A stretch of DNA of 64,000 bases from Weeksellaceae bacterium (GCA_041730495.1 JBGSBR010000004.1:13836-77835), one strand, 5' to 3'; numbered from the stretch's first letter, positions 1 to 9,394 are shown. Numbers and translations: made by a program. Notes: generated by a model from the letters alone, not told the origin.

Positions 1-1
1 A

Positions 2-403
2 AATACAAAAAAAGTTTCATCACAGTATCTACTGCGTAACAAAGAGTTAGAACAAAAAATAGAGTTCTTTCTTTATAAATATAATTTGCTTAAAACGTAT
101 CTCGAAGATGATGCTGAGGTATATAGCTATTACAATTTGCTACTCACATTGCTCACAACTATTGAAGTAGATGCTACGCTGACACAGTTTAATATGGATT
201 CTACAAATCTTGCCAACTTCTCCTTGACGTTTGATTCGTATGAAGATGCGATCAAGTTTGTCGATTTAGTCGAGTCACCTGCCTTTCTCAATTATTTTGA
301 AACATTACAGTTAAATAATTTTGCCTTTAACTCAAGCACGACATCATATGATTTAGTGTTGATCGGTCAGTTTAAAGCTATAGAAAACAATGAAAATCAG
401 TAA
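2..403 (+). CDS. PilN-like pilus assembly protein, 5' end cut by the window edge
   Basis: The frame of the 86..403 ORF stays open back to base 2 with no stop, so the gene starts upstream of the window. It overlaps the following PilO-like gene by 14 nt. There is no diagnostic motif; the call rests on context only. Confidence 0.3.
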   Translation, partial: NTKKVSSQYLLRNKELEQKIEFFLYKYNLLKTYLEDDAEVYSYYNLLLTLLTTIEVDATLTQFNMDSTNLANFSLTFDSYEDAIKFVDLVESPAFLNYFETLQLNNFAFNSSTTSYDLVLIGQFKAIENNENQ

Positions 404-1007
404 ACTTGCCATCCAATCAGTGATTCATAATAGTTATTTCGTGACGACGAGTATTGTGACGTTACTTGCACTGATACTGGTCGGTAGTACTATTATGCTT
501 TCCAAGAGTTTATATGATACTTACTCAGAAGCGCAGCTATTACAAGCTGATGTCGATGAAACTCAAAGACAGGTGGACATCGTCAAAAAGAATAAAGATT
601 TAATTGAAACAAATGTCGATGAGTATAATGCCGCTTTGGAAAAATTGATTCCAGATGATGAAAGTTACTTTTTAGTAATCTCTGCTTTAGAACAACTTGA
701 GCAACAAACTGGGATTACGATCAAAGAATATAATATCGATCTGGCCGCCACGACGCAGGAGAAGCTATCATTGACGGTCAATACACAGGGTGATATCAGT
801 TCGATCGACAGATTTTTGCAGAACTACAAATTTATTAGTGGTCGATTGATCACCAACGAAAGTTTGATTATCTCTCCTCAACAACTTGAAAGTGTCGCTT
901 TCTCTCTCAATTTTTATCATTCTCCGTATGTCCCAGGTAGTGTTCAAGCTTCTACACTCACAGAAGCAGATATACAGTATGTTACGGATATTATTAGCCA
1001 GCTATAA
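390..1007 (+). CDS. PilO-like type IV pilus assembly protein
   Basis: Architecture is a short N-terminus, one TM helix (YFVTTSIVTLLALILVGSTIML), a coiled-coil stretch and a C-terminal alpha/beta domain. This is the typical PilO layout. Confidence 0.45.
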   Translation: MKISKLAIQSVIHNSYFVTTSIVTLLALILVGSTIMLSKSLYDTYSEAQLLQADVDETQRQVDIVKKNKDLIETNVDEYNAALEKLIPDDESYFLVISALEQLEQQTGITIKEYNIDLAATTQEKLSLTVNTQGDISSIDRFLQNYKFISGRLITNESLIISPQQLESVAFSLNFYHSPYVPGSVQASTLTEADIQYVTDIISQL

Positions 1008-1019
1008 AGGAGAAGTTAT

Positions 1020-1274
1020 TTACTCAGTGAAGTTTACGTTCTTAGGATTTTTGAGAAGTTTACCTAAACCTTCAGAGATTTGTGCACCTTTTTCAGTCCA
1101 GTAATCAAATTTCTTTTTTTCGATGGTGATTTCTGCAGGATCTCGCATTGGATTATAGGTACCCACTTTTTCGATATAAGCACCGTCTCTTTTTTTACGT
1201 TTGTCGATAGCGACAATGCGATAAAAAGGACTCATTTTTTTTCCGAATCTCATTAATCTAAGTGTGACTGCCAT
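1020..1274 (-). CDS. rpsP: 30S ribosomal protein S16
   Basis: MAVTLRLMRFGKKMSPFYRIVAIDKRKKRDGAYIEKVGTYNP is the canonical S16 N-terminus. Confidence 0.95.
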   Translation of the reverse strand: MAVTLRLMRFGKKMSPFYRIVAIDKRKKRDGAYIEKVGTYNPMRDPAEITIEKKKFDYWTEKGAQISEGLGKLLKNPKNVNFTE

Positions 1275-1312
1275 ATATTCAATTGCGAACGATTTAAAAG
1301 GTAATTATAACG

Positions 1313-2002
1313 CTACTTTCTCAATAATTCCAGTGCATTTTGAGCAGCTTGTTCTTCAGCTTGTTTTTTGGAAGCTCCGGTACCTTGAGCCAGCTGTTTG
1401 TTATGGACGATGACGGCGATAGTAAACATCTTATCATGCTCAGGACCGGTTTCTTCGAGGATGATGTATTCAGGTAGTTCTTTGTACTTAGCTTGAGTTA
1501 TTTCTTGAAGATAGCTTTTTGGTGAAAGGTAGAGTTTATTTTTGACGATATAATCAAGTTTATCGGTGAAAAGATATCGTACGATAAAGTTGTAGGCTAC
1601 TTCGAAGCCTTGATCGATGAAAATTGCGGCAATAAGCGCTTCAAAACAGTCAGCGAGGATATTTTTCTTATCACGACCTTTACCTTTTTCTTCACCATGT
1701 GACAGTTGCAGATATTGTCCGAGGTTTAGATTTTTTGCAACTTCAGCGAGGCTCTCAGTACGGACGATCGAGGCTTTGATATCGGTATAATCGCCTTCTG
1801 CTAGGTGCGGATAATGTCGATAGAGATAGATTGAGGTTGTCAGTGACAATACACTATCTCCTAGAAACTCTAGTTTTTCGTTTGAAGGCAGATGAAAGGT
1901 GCGATGTTCGTTGAGATATGATCTATGGATAAAAACATTTTCCAGTAATGTTTTATCTTTAAACTCAATTGCGATAGTTTTTTCAAGTTGTGGAAGGTTC
2001 AT
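1313..2002 (-). CDS. rnc: Ribonuclease III
   Basis: Carries the RNase III signature EKLEFLGDSVLSL and a C-terminal dsRBD (KKQAEEQAAQNALELL). Confidence 0.95.
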   Translation of the reverse strand: MNLPQLEKTIAIEFKDKTLLENVFIHRSYLNEHRTFHLPSNEKLEFLGDSVLSLTTSIYLYRHYPHLAEGDYTDIKASIVRTESLAEVAKNLNLGQYLQLSHGEEKGKGRDKKNILADCFEALIAAIFIDQGFEVAYNFIVRYLFTDKLDYIVKNKLYLSPKSYLQEITQAKYKELPEYIILEETGPEHDKMFTIAVIVHNKQLAQGTGASKKQAEEQAAQNALELLRK

Positions 2003-2378
2003 TTTTGGTTTCTGAGTTAAATTCTTCTAATATTGATCCGAGTACTGCATTCACAAAGGCAAATGAGCGTTCGTTACCCATCTCTTTGGCGAGTTCAACA
2101 GCTTCGTTGATGATGACTTTGGGTGGTTCCTTTTTATCGTACATTAGTTCATATACTGCAAGGCGTAAGATACTGACGTCGATCCGGGCGACATTGTCGA
2201 GTGGGTACTTGGGTGCGTGTCGAGTGATTGTCTCATCGATAGCAGTTACATATTTTTGGATCTCAGGGGTGACTGGCTCTTTTGGATGAGGTAATTTGTG
2301 GCGTTGATCAGGAGCACTAAACGATGTAGCAAATAAATTCTCGATTATATTAACGCGCTCTTGGTGTCGAGGATCCAT
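1983..2378 (-). CDS. nusB: Transcription antitermination factor NusB
   Basis: NusB-like pattern LRLAVYELMY...INEAVELAKEMG...FVNAVLG. Overlaps rnc by 20 nt. Confidence 0.9.
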   Translation of the reverse strand: MDPRHQERVNIIENLFATSFSAPDQRHKLPHPKEPVTPEIQKYVTAIDETITRHAPKYPLDNVARIDVSILRLAVYELMYDKKEPPKVIINEAVELAKEMGNERSFAFVNAVLGSILEEFNSETKNEPSTT

Positions 2379-2398
2379 AAATGGTGCACAGAAGCGGT

Positions 2399-2554
2399 TT
2401 ATTTACCGCAATACTTACATTGTCGATGAGGAAGTTTCTTTTTTCCACATTCTTTACAAACAATGAGATTTGGCAATACTGAATCAAGTTCTCGTTGATT
2501 GAGTCTTTTACCTTTACGAGCTTTGGAATGTTTTCTTTTTGGTAGTGGAGCCAT
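2399..2554 (-). CDS. rpmF: 50S ribosomal protein L32
   Basis: Not in the ORF track because it is under 60 aa. Reverse-strand ATG at 2554 to TAA at 2399 gives MAPLPKRKHSKARKGKRLNQRELDSVLPNLIVCKECGKKKLPHRQCKYCGK (51 aa). It has the L32 basic N-terminus and a CxxC...CxxC knuckle. Confidence 0.85.
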   Translation of the reverse strand: MAPLPKRKHSKARKGKRLNQRELDSVLPNLIVCKECGKKKLPHRQCKYCGK

Positions 2555-2659
2555 GGTTCGTGTTAAAACTTTATTCTGTAATTATAGAACAATTTAATGT
2601 TTCAATAATATCATGGAGCGTAGGATTTATCAATTACGAATTATTTAGATTATGTCTCT

Positions 2660-2746
2660 GCAATAGATTCTGTCAGTCGGCTTTACCCGTAAGTGCTCAC
2701 TGTTCGTTGCGCGCTTACGTGTCCCTTTCCTCCTGACACCTATTGC
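2660..2746. repeat. 87-bp intergenic hairpin repeat, copy 1
   Basis: 81/87 identical to 56059..56145 in the same orientation. Has terminal inverted ends GCAATAG/CTATTGC and a central stem of about 13 bp (ACCCGTAAGTGC...GCGCTTACGTGT). Lies between the recG stop and the rpmF start. Confidence 0.7.
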
Positions 2747-2756
2747 AGATTACTAT

Positions 2757-4820
2757 TTAATCGCGTGCAATTTGGTGTAACTGATACTTCTCTATCCGTT
2801 TCTGCAGCTGCGGAAACCTATCAACCCGGTATTTAGCTGTAAATGCTTTGAGTGCTTTTTGGACTGATTCGATAAGTACTGTATCACCGAGGTTGGCAAA
2901 CTGGAGATCAGTATAGCCACTTTGTTGGGTGCCATAGATATCTCCAGGTCCACGATGCTCGAGATCGTACTGTGCCAGCTCCATACCTGAGTTGGTGCTT
3001 GAGAAGATCTTTAATCGCTCATTAGCCTCAGCTTTTTGGGTTGTTGCCATCAGGAAACAGTATGATTGCTTGTCTCCTCGACCCACTCGTCCTCGCAGCT
3101 GATGTAGCTGAGCTAGTCCGAATCGTTCCGCGCCCTCGATCATCATTATGGTCGCGTTTGGCACATCGATACCGACCTCGACGACAGCTGTGGTGACCAG
3201 AACATCATATTTTTTATCTTTGAAATCTTGCATGACCTCATTTTTCTCTTTAGGTTTCATGCGGCCATGCAGCAGTGCGAGTCGGTAATTTTTGAAGACA
3301 TCATTTTTTAGATGCTCAAACTCTATGGTGGCGGCTTTCACCGTTTGCATCGACTCAGCTTCAGAAGCTTCGACGAGCGGACAGACTATAAATACTTGTA
3401 TTTTGTCATTTTTGATCTGTTGTTTGATCCATTCATATGAGCTATCACGTTTGCCTTGTGGCACGACATGCGTTTTGATTGGCAGTCTGCCTTTGGGCAT
3501 CTCATCGATCACTGATAGATCGAGTTCACTGTAAATGGTAAGAGATACAGTACGTGGTATCGGCGTAGCCGTCATGGTGAGTAAATGAGGATTTAAACCT
3601 TTATCTTTCAAGATCGCTCGTTGTCTGACGCCGAAACGATGTTGTTCGTCGATGATCACGAGGCCGACTTTATCAAGTTTGACATGCTGAGTGAGTAGAG
3701 CATGAGTACCGATCATCACATCGACGTTTGAGATCTCAGGATTGTTTTTCTTGATTGCTTTCACAGATCCAGTTTGTAGTCCGACGGTGATACCCATCGG
3801 CTCAAACAGCGTCTGCATCGTGCGATAATGTTGTTGGGCCAGAATCTCAGTCGGTGCCATGACAAAGGTTTGGAAGCCGTGCAGGTATGCGGCATACGAG
3901 GCAATTGCGGCTACCACTGTTTTACCAGATCCGACATCACCTTGGAGAAAACGATTCATCGGTACGGTGCGTTTTAGATCTGACAAAATATCTACAACTA
4001 CTTTTTCTTGTGCTTGAGTGAGCTGGAATGGTAGATTTGCGATAAACGTTTCTATTTTTTGTTGTGCTTCATTATCAAACGCAAACGCATGAGTAATACT
4101 TTCTTTTTCCCATGATTGACGGACCATCTGTGAAGACAGCATCCTGACGAAAACTTCATCAAACGATAGTCGCTTGCGAGCTTCGACCATCTGTGCCGGA
4201 GTCTCAGGAAAATGAATATGGATCAGTGCTTGCTTAAGTGCGATAAACTGAGTTTGCTTCAGTACATCGGTCGGATAAAGCTCGATCTCTGACTGATCAT
4301 CTTTCAGTTGATTCACCACATGCCACATTTTTTCTCGCAACGTCTTGGTCGACATGCCATATGACTGCGGATAAACTGGCACAAATCTACCTGTGTGGAT
4401 TAAGTTACCATCTGGTCGTATTTGTTCGTACTTGACTGGTTTCATCGATCGCTTAGAACCTTCGAGTTCGACTGTGCCAGCGACTGCGACTTGCATATCT
4501 TTTTTCAAGATGCTGAGTAAGAAGCGTTGGTTGAACCACATCAAATCCATAGAGCCTGTTTCATCGGTGAGCGTAGCAATCTGAATCATCATGCCGCGTT
4601 TCGAGCGCCGTTGGGCTAGCTTAGTGATAGTGCCTTTGATAGTGACTGTTTCGCCAGGTTGAGCGCGAGCTATGGTTGAGATGATATTAAGCTCTTCATA
4701 GCGAAACGGAGGGTAATACAATAGATCTTCAAAAGTCTGAATATTTAAATTCTTGAGTTTCTTGATCGTGACTGGACTTGTACGAGGGAGAGTCTCGATT
4801 GCTTGATCTAACATACCCAC
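2757..4820 (-). CDS. recG: ATP-dependent DNA helicase RecG
   Basis: N-terminal wedge/OB region, Walker A GDVGSGKT, DEQHRFG, and a helicase C domain ending QLRGRVGRG. The start is either GTG 4820 or ATG 4814. Confidence 0.95.
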   Translation of the reverse strand: MGMLDQAIETLPRTSPVTIKKLKNLNIQTFEDLLYYPPFRYEELNIISTIARAQPGETVTIKGTITKLAQRRSKRGMMIQIATLTDETGSMDLMWFNQRFLLSILKKDMQVAVAGTVELEGSKRSMKPVKYEQIRPDGNLIHTGRFVPVYPQSYGMSTKTLREKMWHVVNQLKDDQSEIELYPTDVLKQTQFIALKQALIHIHFPETPAQMVEARKRLSFDEVFVRMLSSQMVRQSWEKESITHAFAFDNEAQQKIETFIANLPFQLTQAQEKVVVDILSDLKRTVPMNRFLQGDVGSGKTVVAAIASYAAYLHGFQTFVMAPTEILAQQHYRTMQTLFEPMGITVGLQTGSVKAIKKNNPEISNVDVMIGTHALLTQHVKLDKVGLVIIDEQHRFGVRQRAILKDKGLNPHLLTMTATPIPRTVSLTIYSELDLSVIDEMPKGRLPIKTHVVPQGKRDSSYEWIKQQIKNDKIQVFIVCPLVEASEAESMQTVKAATIEFEHLKNDVFKNYRLALLHGRMKPKEKNEVMQDFKDKKYDVLVTTAVVEVGIDVPNATIMMIEGAERFGLAQLHQLRGRVGRGDKQSYCFLMATTQKAEANERLKIFSSTNSGMELAQYDLEHRGPGDIYGTQQSGYTDLQFANLGDTVLIESVQKALKAFTAKYRVDRFPQLQKRIEKYQLHQIARD

Positions 4821-4825
4821 CTATT

Positions 4826-4939
4826 TTACATGAAAAACAAAGGTGTGAAGCTAGTGATGAGCAAGAGTAATGTCGCGATAATGATGATAAAGCGAACAAT
4901 GTTGCGTGGTTCAAATACTTTTTTGATTTTTTTCATCAT
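4826..4939 (-). CDS. Candidate 37-aa membrane peptide
   Basis: Not in the track. ATGATG at 4939 to TAA at 4826 gives MMKKIKKVFEPRNIVRFIIIIATLLLLITSFTPLFFM: a basic N-terminus followed by one hydrophobic helix. It ends 6 nt before the recG start. No homology evidence. Confidence 0.3.
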   Translation of the reverse strand: MMKKIKKVFEPRNIVRFIIIIATLLLLITSFTPLFFM

Positions 4940-4972
4940 ATTTTTATAGTATATCAATACTTAGTCACAAAG

Positions 4973-5000
4973 TTGCAATAATTAGATTTTTCTCTACAAT
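4973..5000 (+). promoter_or_regulatory. Sigma70-like promoter directly abutting the PBP1A start (leaderless)
   Basis: TTGCAA (4973..4978), 16 nt, TACAAT (4995..5000), 6 nt, ATG 5007. No SD. Confidence 0.5.
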
Positions 5001-5006
5001 TAACTC

Positions 5007-7496
5007 ATGGCATATATCCCTCGTAGGCGGCAGAGTCGCTCATTTGGTATCACAATCCCCGGTCTTGGTAAGCTTAATAAGCAAAAACTCGGCATGTATG
5101 TGGGCGTGGGACTCGTGGGTATGATTATCTTTGGCTTTGTGTGTGCCTTCGGATTATTCGCATGGTATGGTCGTGATCTGCCCCAGCCTGGTAAGCTCTC
5201 TGAAGCAAGAGGTAGTTCGACTGTTTTCTATGATCGTGAAGGCGAGATTATCTATGAAATGTATAAAGATAAAAATCGAATTCCGGTTGAAGGTGATGAA
5301 ATCCCAGAGATGCTTAAGCAAGCTACTGTAGCAATTGAGGACAAACGATTTTATGAACATAAAGGTGTTTCAGAGTTTGGTATTTTACGCGCTTTCTTCA
5401 ACAATTATGTGCTCGGCAATCCTCAGGGAGGATCCACTATTACACAGCAATTGATTAAAAACGTATTACTGTCATCTGAGCGCACACTTCCTCGTAAGAT
5501 CAAAGAAGCTATCCTTGCCTTTGAGGTCGAAAAACGCTACACCAAAGATGAAATCCTTACCATGTATCTCAATGAGAATCCGTATGGTGGTAGTTTCTGG
5601 GGAGTTGGTTCTGCTGCTCGTGGATACTTCAATAAAGACCCGAAAGAGCTGACACTTGTTGAAGCTGCAATACTTGCTGGATTACCACAGAGTCCCAGTC
5701 GTTATTCTCCATTCATCGGTGAAGAAGGCGCATGGAAAGTACGTGCTACAGATGTGCTGCGTCGCATGGAAGAAGATGAGTATATAACCGAAGATCAAGA
5801 AGAAGCTGCAGTTAAACAGCTCGATAAAGTCAAGTTTTCTTCAGAACAACTGAGTATTACCGCTCCGCATTTTATTTTCTATTTACGTAATCAGATCGAA
5901 GAAGAGTTTGGACCTGCAGTACTCAATCAAGGTATTGAAGTCAAAACCACTCTTGATCTAGAGATGCAAAAGAAAGCTGAGAAAATCATCAAAGACGAAA
6001 TTGAAGATCTAGAAAAATATGATGTCGGAAACGGTGCATTGGTTGCTCTGGATCCCAAAAATGGTGAGATTATATCCTACGTCGGATCCTATGATTACAA
6101 CAACGAAGCATATGGTAAGTTTGATGTCGTTTCACAAGGTAATCGCCAGCCAGGATCAACATTGAAGCCAATTGAGTATGCGACTGCTTTTGAAAAAGGC
6201 TATACACCAGCCACAGTACTGATGGATGTCGAAACGACATTCCCCAATCAAGGTGGCGATGATTATGTACCCAAAAATTATGATGGAAAGTATCATGGTC
6301 CAACACAGATCCGTTTTGCATTGGGTAACTCTTTCAATGTCCCTGCTGTGAAAATGCTGGCGATGATTGGCCTTCGCGACTTTCTCCAACAATCGTATGA
6401 CATGGGTCTCACCTCGCTTGAGCCAACTCAAGAAAACATTGATAATTTAGGACTTTCAGCCTCACTCGGTGGTGGAGAGACTACATTACTTGAGCTGGTG
6501 TCAGCATATAGCGTCTTTGCTAATGAAGGTACAAAAACAGAGATTCAAGGAATCCTAGAGATCAAAGATCACAACGGTAAATCAATCTATAAAAAGAAAA
6601 AACCAGTTGAGAAAGAAGTGTTATCTCCTGAGATTAGTTTCTTGATTTCACATATTTTATCTGACAATAATGCTCGTGTTGCTACATTTGGTACAGGTTC
6701 ATATCTCCAAGTCCCGGGCAAGACGGTAGCGGTCAAAACAGGTACCACAGATGACAAGAAAGATAACTGGGCAGTCGGTTATACCAACGGTATTACACTC
6801 GGCGTATGGGTCGGAAACAACGATGGTCAGGTCATGAATCCAGCTATTGCATCAGGTGCGACAGGTGCATCTCCAATCTGGCACAATTTCATGGTAGAAC
6901 TTCTCAAGAAATATGATGACGGTATCATGGAAAAACCCGATGATGTCGAAGCAGTGACGATTGATGCCTATCTAGGCGGTCTTCCCAAAGATGGCAATCC
7001 CACTCGTTCAGAATACTTTATTAAAGGCACTGAACCGACAGATATTTCACCGTACTATAAAACCTTTGATGGCAAAGAATATATCGTAATCAACGAGACA
7101 GATCCAATCTCGACAGATGGCAAGAATCGTTGGCAAGAAGCGATTGATGCCTGGGCAGCGAGTCAGTCTGATGAGCGATTCAAAAACGCTGGTGACAAAG
7201 TGAAAGCTGAGTCAGAAAACATCTCACTTTCGATCAAATCACCAGGAAATGAAACTACAGTCAATACTAATGATGTCGAAGTGAAAGTAAAGATTAGCAC
7301 TGACTCGACGGTCAAACGCGTGCGTTTCTGGATCAATGATGAAGAGAAAAAAACCTTGGAAACAGATAGTAAAGATATCACTGAAAAGTTTAATCTCCCA
7401 GATGGTAAATATACAATCAAAATCCAAGCCTGGAATGATAAAGATAAAAGCAGTGATTCTTCAATCAAGATCGGTGTGAACCAACCCTGGAACTAA
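5007..7496 (+). CDS. Bifunctional class A penicillin-binding protein (PBP1A-type) with an Ig-like C-terminal extension
   Basis: GT51 motifs EDKRFYEHKG, GGSTITQQ and RKIKE. Transpeptidase motifs STLK (SxxK), SFN (SxN) and KTGTT. N-terminal TM anchor and about 100 extra C-terminal residues of beta-sandwich character. Confidence 0.95.
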   Translation: MAYIPRRRQSRSFGITIPGLGKLNKQKLGMYVGVGLVGMIIFGFVCAFGLFAWYGRDLPQPGKLSEARGSSTVFYDREGEIIYEMYKDKNRIPVEGDEIPEMLKQATVAIEDKRFYEHKGVSEFGILRAFFNNYVLGNPQGGSTITQQLIKNVLLSSERTLPRKIKEAILAFEVEKRYTKDEILTMYLNENPYGGSFWGVGSAARGYFNKDPKELTLVEAAILAGLPQSPSRYSPFIGEEGAWKVRATDVLRRMEEDEYITEDQEEAAVKQLDKVKFSSEQLSITAPHFIFYLRNQIEEEFGPAVLNQGIEVKTTLDLEMQKKAEKIIKDEIEDLEKYDVGNGALVALDPKNGEIISYVGSYDYNNEAYGKFDVVSQGNRQPGSTLKPIEYATAFEKGYTPATVLMDVETTFPNQGGDDYVPKNYDGKYHGPTQIRFALGNSFNVPAVKMLAMIGLRDFLQQSYDMGLTSLEPTQENIDNLGLSASLGGGETTLLELVSAYSVFANEGTKTEIQGILEIKDHNGKSIYKKKKPVEKEVLSPEISFLISHILSDNNARVATFGTGSYLQVPGKTVAVKTGTTDDKKDNWAVGYTNGITLGVWVGNNDGQVMNPAIASGATGASPIWHNFMVELLKKYDDGIMEKPDDVEAVTIDAYLGGLPKDGNPTRSEYFIKGTEPTDISPYYKTFDGKEYIVINETDPISTDGKNRWQEAIDAWAASQSDERFKNAGDKVKAESENISLSIKSPGNETTVNTNDVEVKVKISTDSTVKRVRFWINDEEKKTLETDSKDITEKFNLPDGKYTIKIQAWNDKDKSSDSSIKIGVNQPWN

Positions 7497-7835
7497 TTAC
7501 TTTTCTGGAGGTTCTTTGAAGAGAAAATCTACGACTATTTTGGCCAGACCGAGTACTTCGACGAAGCTACCTGCGATAATAATTCTGACTAGCCACTCAT
7601 CCATAAATGACAACCAGCCGAGTCCAACTGCGATTAAAAACAAAGCTGTAAAAACAACTATAAAAACTACTAAGTAAAGTAGATTACGTGACCATTCTTT
7701 ACGAAACGATAAGAAATCGGTTTTTTCTCGAAGTCTCAGCTCTTGCAGCTGCAGCTCCCATTTTGCCCGTTCATCACGGCTCTCTTCGATGATCGTTTCT
7801 TCGATAGCCGGCAGGTTAGCTTTTTGATCTACCAT
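7497..7835 (-). CDS. Hypothetical two-TM membrane protein
   Basis: Charged coiled N-terminal half, then two hydrophobic helices. Starts 1 nt after the stop of the ImmA-like gene, so they probably form an operon. Confidence 0.45.
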   Translation of the reverse strand: MVDQKANLPAIEETIIEESRDERAKWELQLQELRLREKTDFLSFRKEWSRNLLYLVVFIVVFTALFLIAVGLGWLSFMDEWLVRIIIAGSFVEVLGLAKIVVDFLFKEPPEK

Positions 7836-7836
7836 A

Positions 7837-8442
7837 TTAAAACAACTTTTTTTCTAACTCATATTCTTGCCAGACTTCAGGATGTTCTTTTTTGAAAGTC
7901 TTGAGTCGGATGCGTAATGCTTCATCACTGACACCAAACATTTTGACGAGTGCTTTGATGATCTCTTCTCCCCCAGTCATCAGTTTTGTATAACTCAGTA
8001 CTGTGGTAATGTCTTTATCTGGCATGAGTAAATAAGCCGCAAAATAATTTGCTTCTGCTTCTTGTGTGTCTCGTGGAGTGAGTATATCATGTCTCATAAA
8101 GACTGAGCGTTCATATTTATGGAGATCATGATGCAAGAGTTTGTGACCGATCTCATGTGCCATCGTGAAGCGTTTACGCGTCATTGGTTGAGTTTCGTTA
8201 TTCAGTAAAATTGACTCTGTTTTTAGATCATAATACCCAAGTACATCTTGCCAGTTGGTGACTTCGTCTTTGGATTTCGGATCACGTTTTATGACTGCGG
8301 TTTTCAGTTCATTCGTGGTGCAGGTCTTCCAGCTGATACCGAGTAAATCAGCCAGTTGAAAGACATGAACTGGGATAGTGAGTGCATATTTCTCGATCAG
8401 TTCTTCTGCAGTCGATTTCAGTTTCTCTAGATTCGTATTCAT
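7837..8442 (-). CDS. ImmA/IrrE-family (DUF955/COG2856-like) zinc metallopeptidase
   Basis: HEIGHKLLHH (an HExxH zinc site) in the sequence context typical of this family. Confidence 0.7.
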   Translation of the reverse strand: MNTNLEKLKSTAEELIEKYALTIPVHVFQLADLLGISWKTCTTNELKTAVIKRDPKSKDEVTNWQDVLGYYDLKTESILLNNETQPMTRKRFTMAHEIGHKLLHHDLHKYERSVFMRHDILTPRDTQEAEANYFAAYLLMPDKDITTVLSYTKLMTGGEEIIKALVKMFGVSDEALRIRLKTFKKEHPEVWQEYELEKKLF

Positions 8443-8464
8443 ACGTATCTATTGTAGCATATTG

Positions 8465-9394
8465 TTATTTAGACAGCCATGAAGCCATTATGTCACCTAA
8501 ATCTTCTTGAAAACCATCGAATCCATGATTTGCTTCTGGGATAATCTGATACTCGAAGTTAGGTTTTTTACCGATATATGTTTGCAAAATCTTGACACAC
8601 CCATCCACATTTCCGTAACAGTATTCATCGTGTTCACCATAGATTACCAAGGTTGGTTTAACGATTGATTCAACTTCACGAAATAGTTTTTTTGTGCCAA
8701 GTCTTTGATCTTGAATGACTTCGTAGTATGGGAAAATATTGTAATCACCATCGGGGTTCAATGTATCGTAGAGTGCTTGATAAGTGTATGGTTGTGGATA
8801 CAAAGATTTTGGGACAGTTTTCATTCCATTGCCTTTTTCGATCTCTGTTTTACTGCGTTTGATCGCTTTCCAGAAGTTGTCTTCTCCCATCGCATCACAG
8901 TTCAGACCAGTATCATCGCCACCGGCAAGTAAGATGTATTTCTCTACTTTATTGTCTTGTTTGTAGTAGTTATAGATTGCAATTTTGTTGGCTCCAGTGG
9001 AGTGCCCGATTAGATAAAAATGTTTATAGCCCTTGGTTTCCAGGAAATTAATCGCACCTTCTATATCTAGCTCACATTCTTTGATGAGTTCGATATAGCT
9101 ACCATACGTCACACGTTCTCCAGTATTTGTTTCAGAGTTAATACGTTTCAGGGATTTTGTATACAATGCTCCCCTATTATTGAATGCAAAAAAACTGATA
9201 TTTTGATCAGTCATACTTTTGCCTAGAGCATTGGTCATGCTGCTATAAAAGACTGAAGAGCTGCCATTGCCATGTAAAAAAAGAGCCACTGCATCAGTGG
9301 GTTTCTCTGGTTCATAGAGCAATCCAGGAAGTTTAAGATTGTCGATGCTATGGAAATGTTGAAGACTTAGTTTTGCCATAGTGTTATTCCACAT
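8465..9394 (-). CDS. Alpha/beta-fold hydrolase
   Basis: Nucleophile elbow GHSTGA (GxSxG), an HGNG oxyanion-type motif and a late HG. An alternative ATG at 9379 would remove the 11-nt overlap with the upstream gene. Confidence 0.7.
   Translation of the reverse strand: MWNNTMAKLSLQHFHSIDNLKLPGLLYEPEKPTDAVALFLHGNGSSSVFYSSMTNALGKSMTDQNISFFAFNNRGALYTKSLKRINSETNTGERVTYGSYIELIKECELDIEGAINFLETKGYKHFYLIGHSTGANKIAIYNYYKQDNKVEKYILLAGGDDTGLNCDAMGEDNFWKAIKRSKTEIEKGNGMKTVPKSLYPQPYTYQALYDTLNPDGDYNIFPYYEVIQDQRLGTKKLFREVESIVKPTLVIYGEHDEYCYGNVDGCVKILQTYIGKKPNFEYQIIPEANHGFDGFQEDLGDIMASWLSK

Noticed and set aside
2539-2736. 65-aa plus-strand ORF
   Set aside because: It overlaps the rpmF start and runs through the 87-bp repeat. 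It has no coding support.
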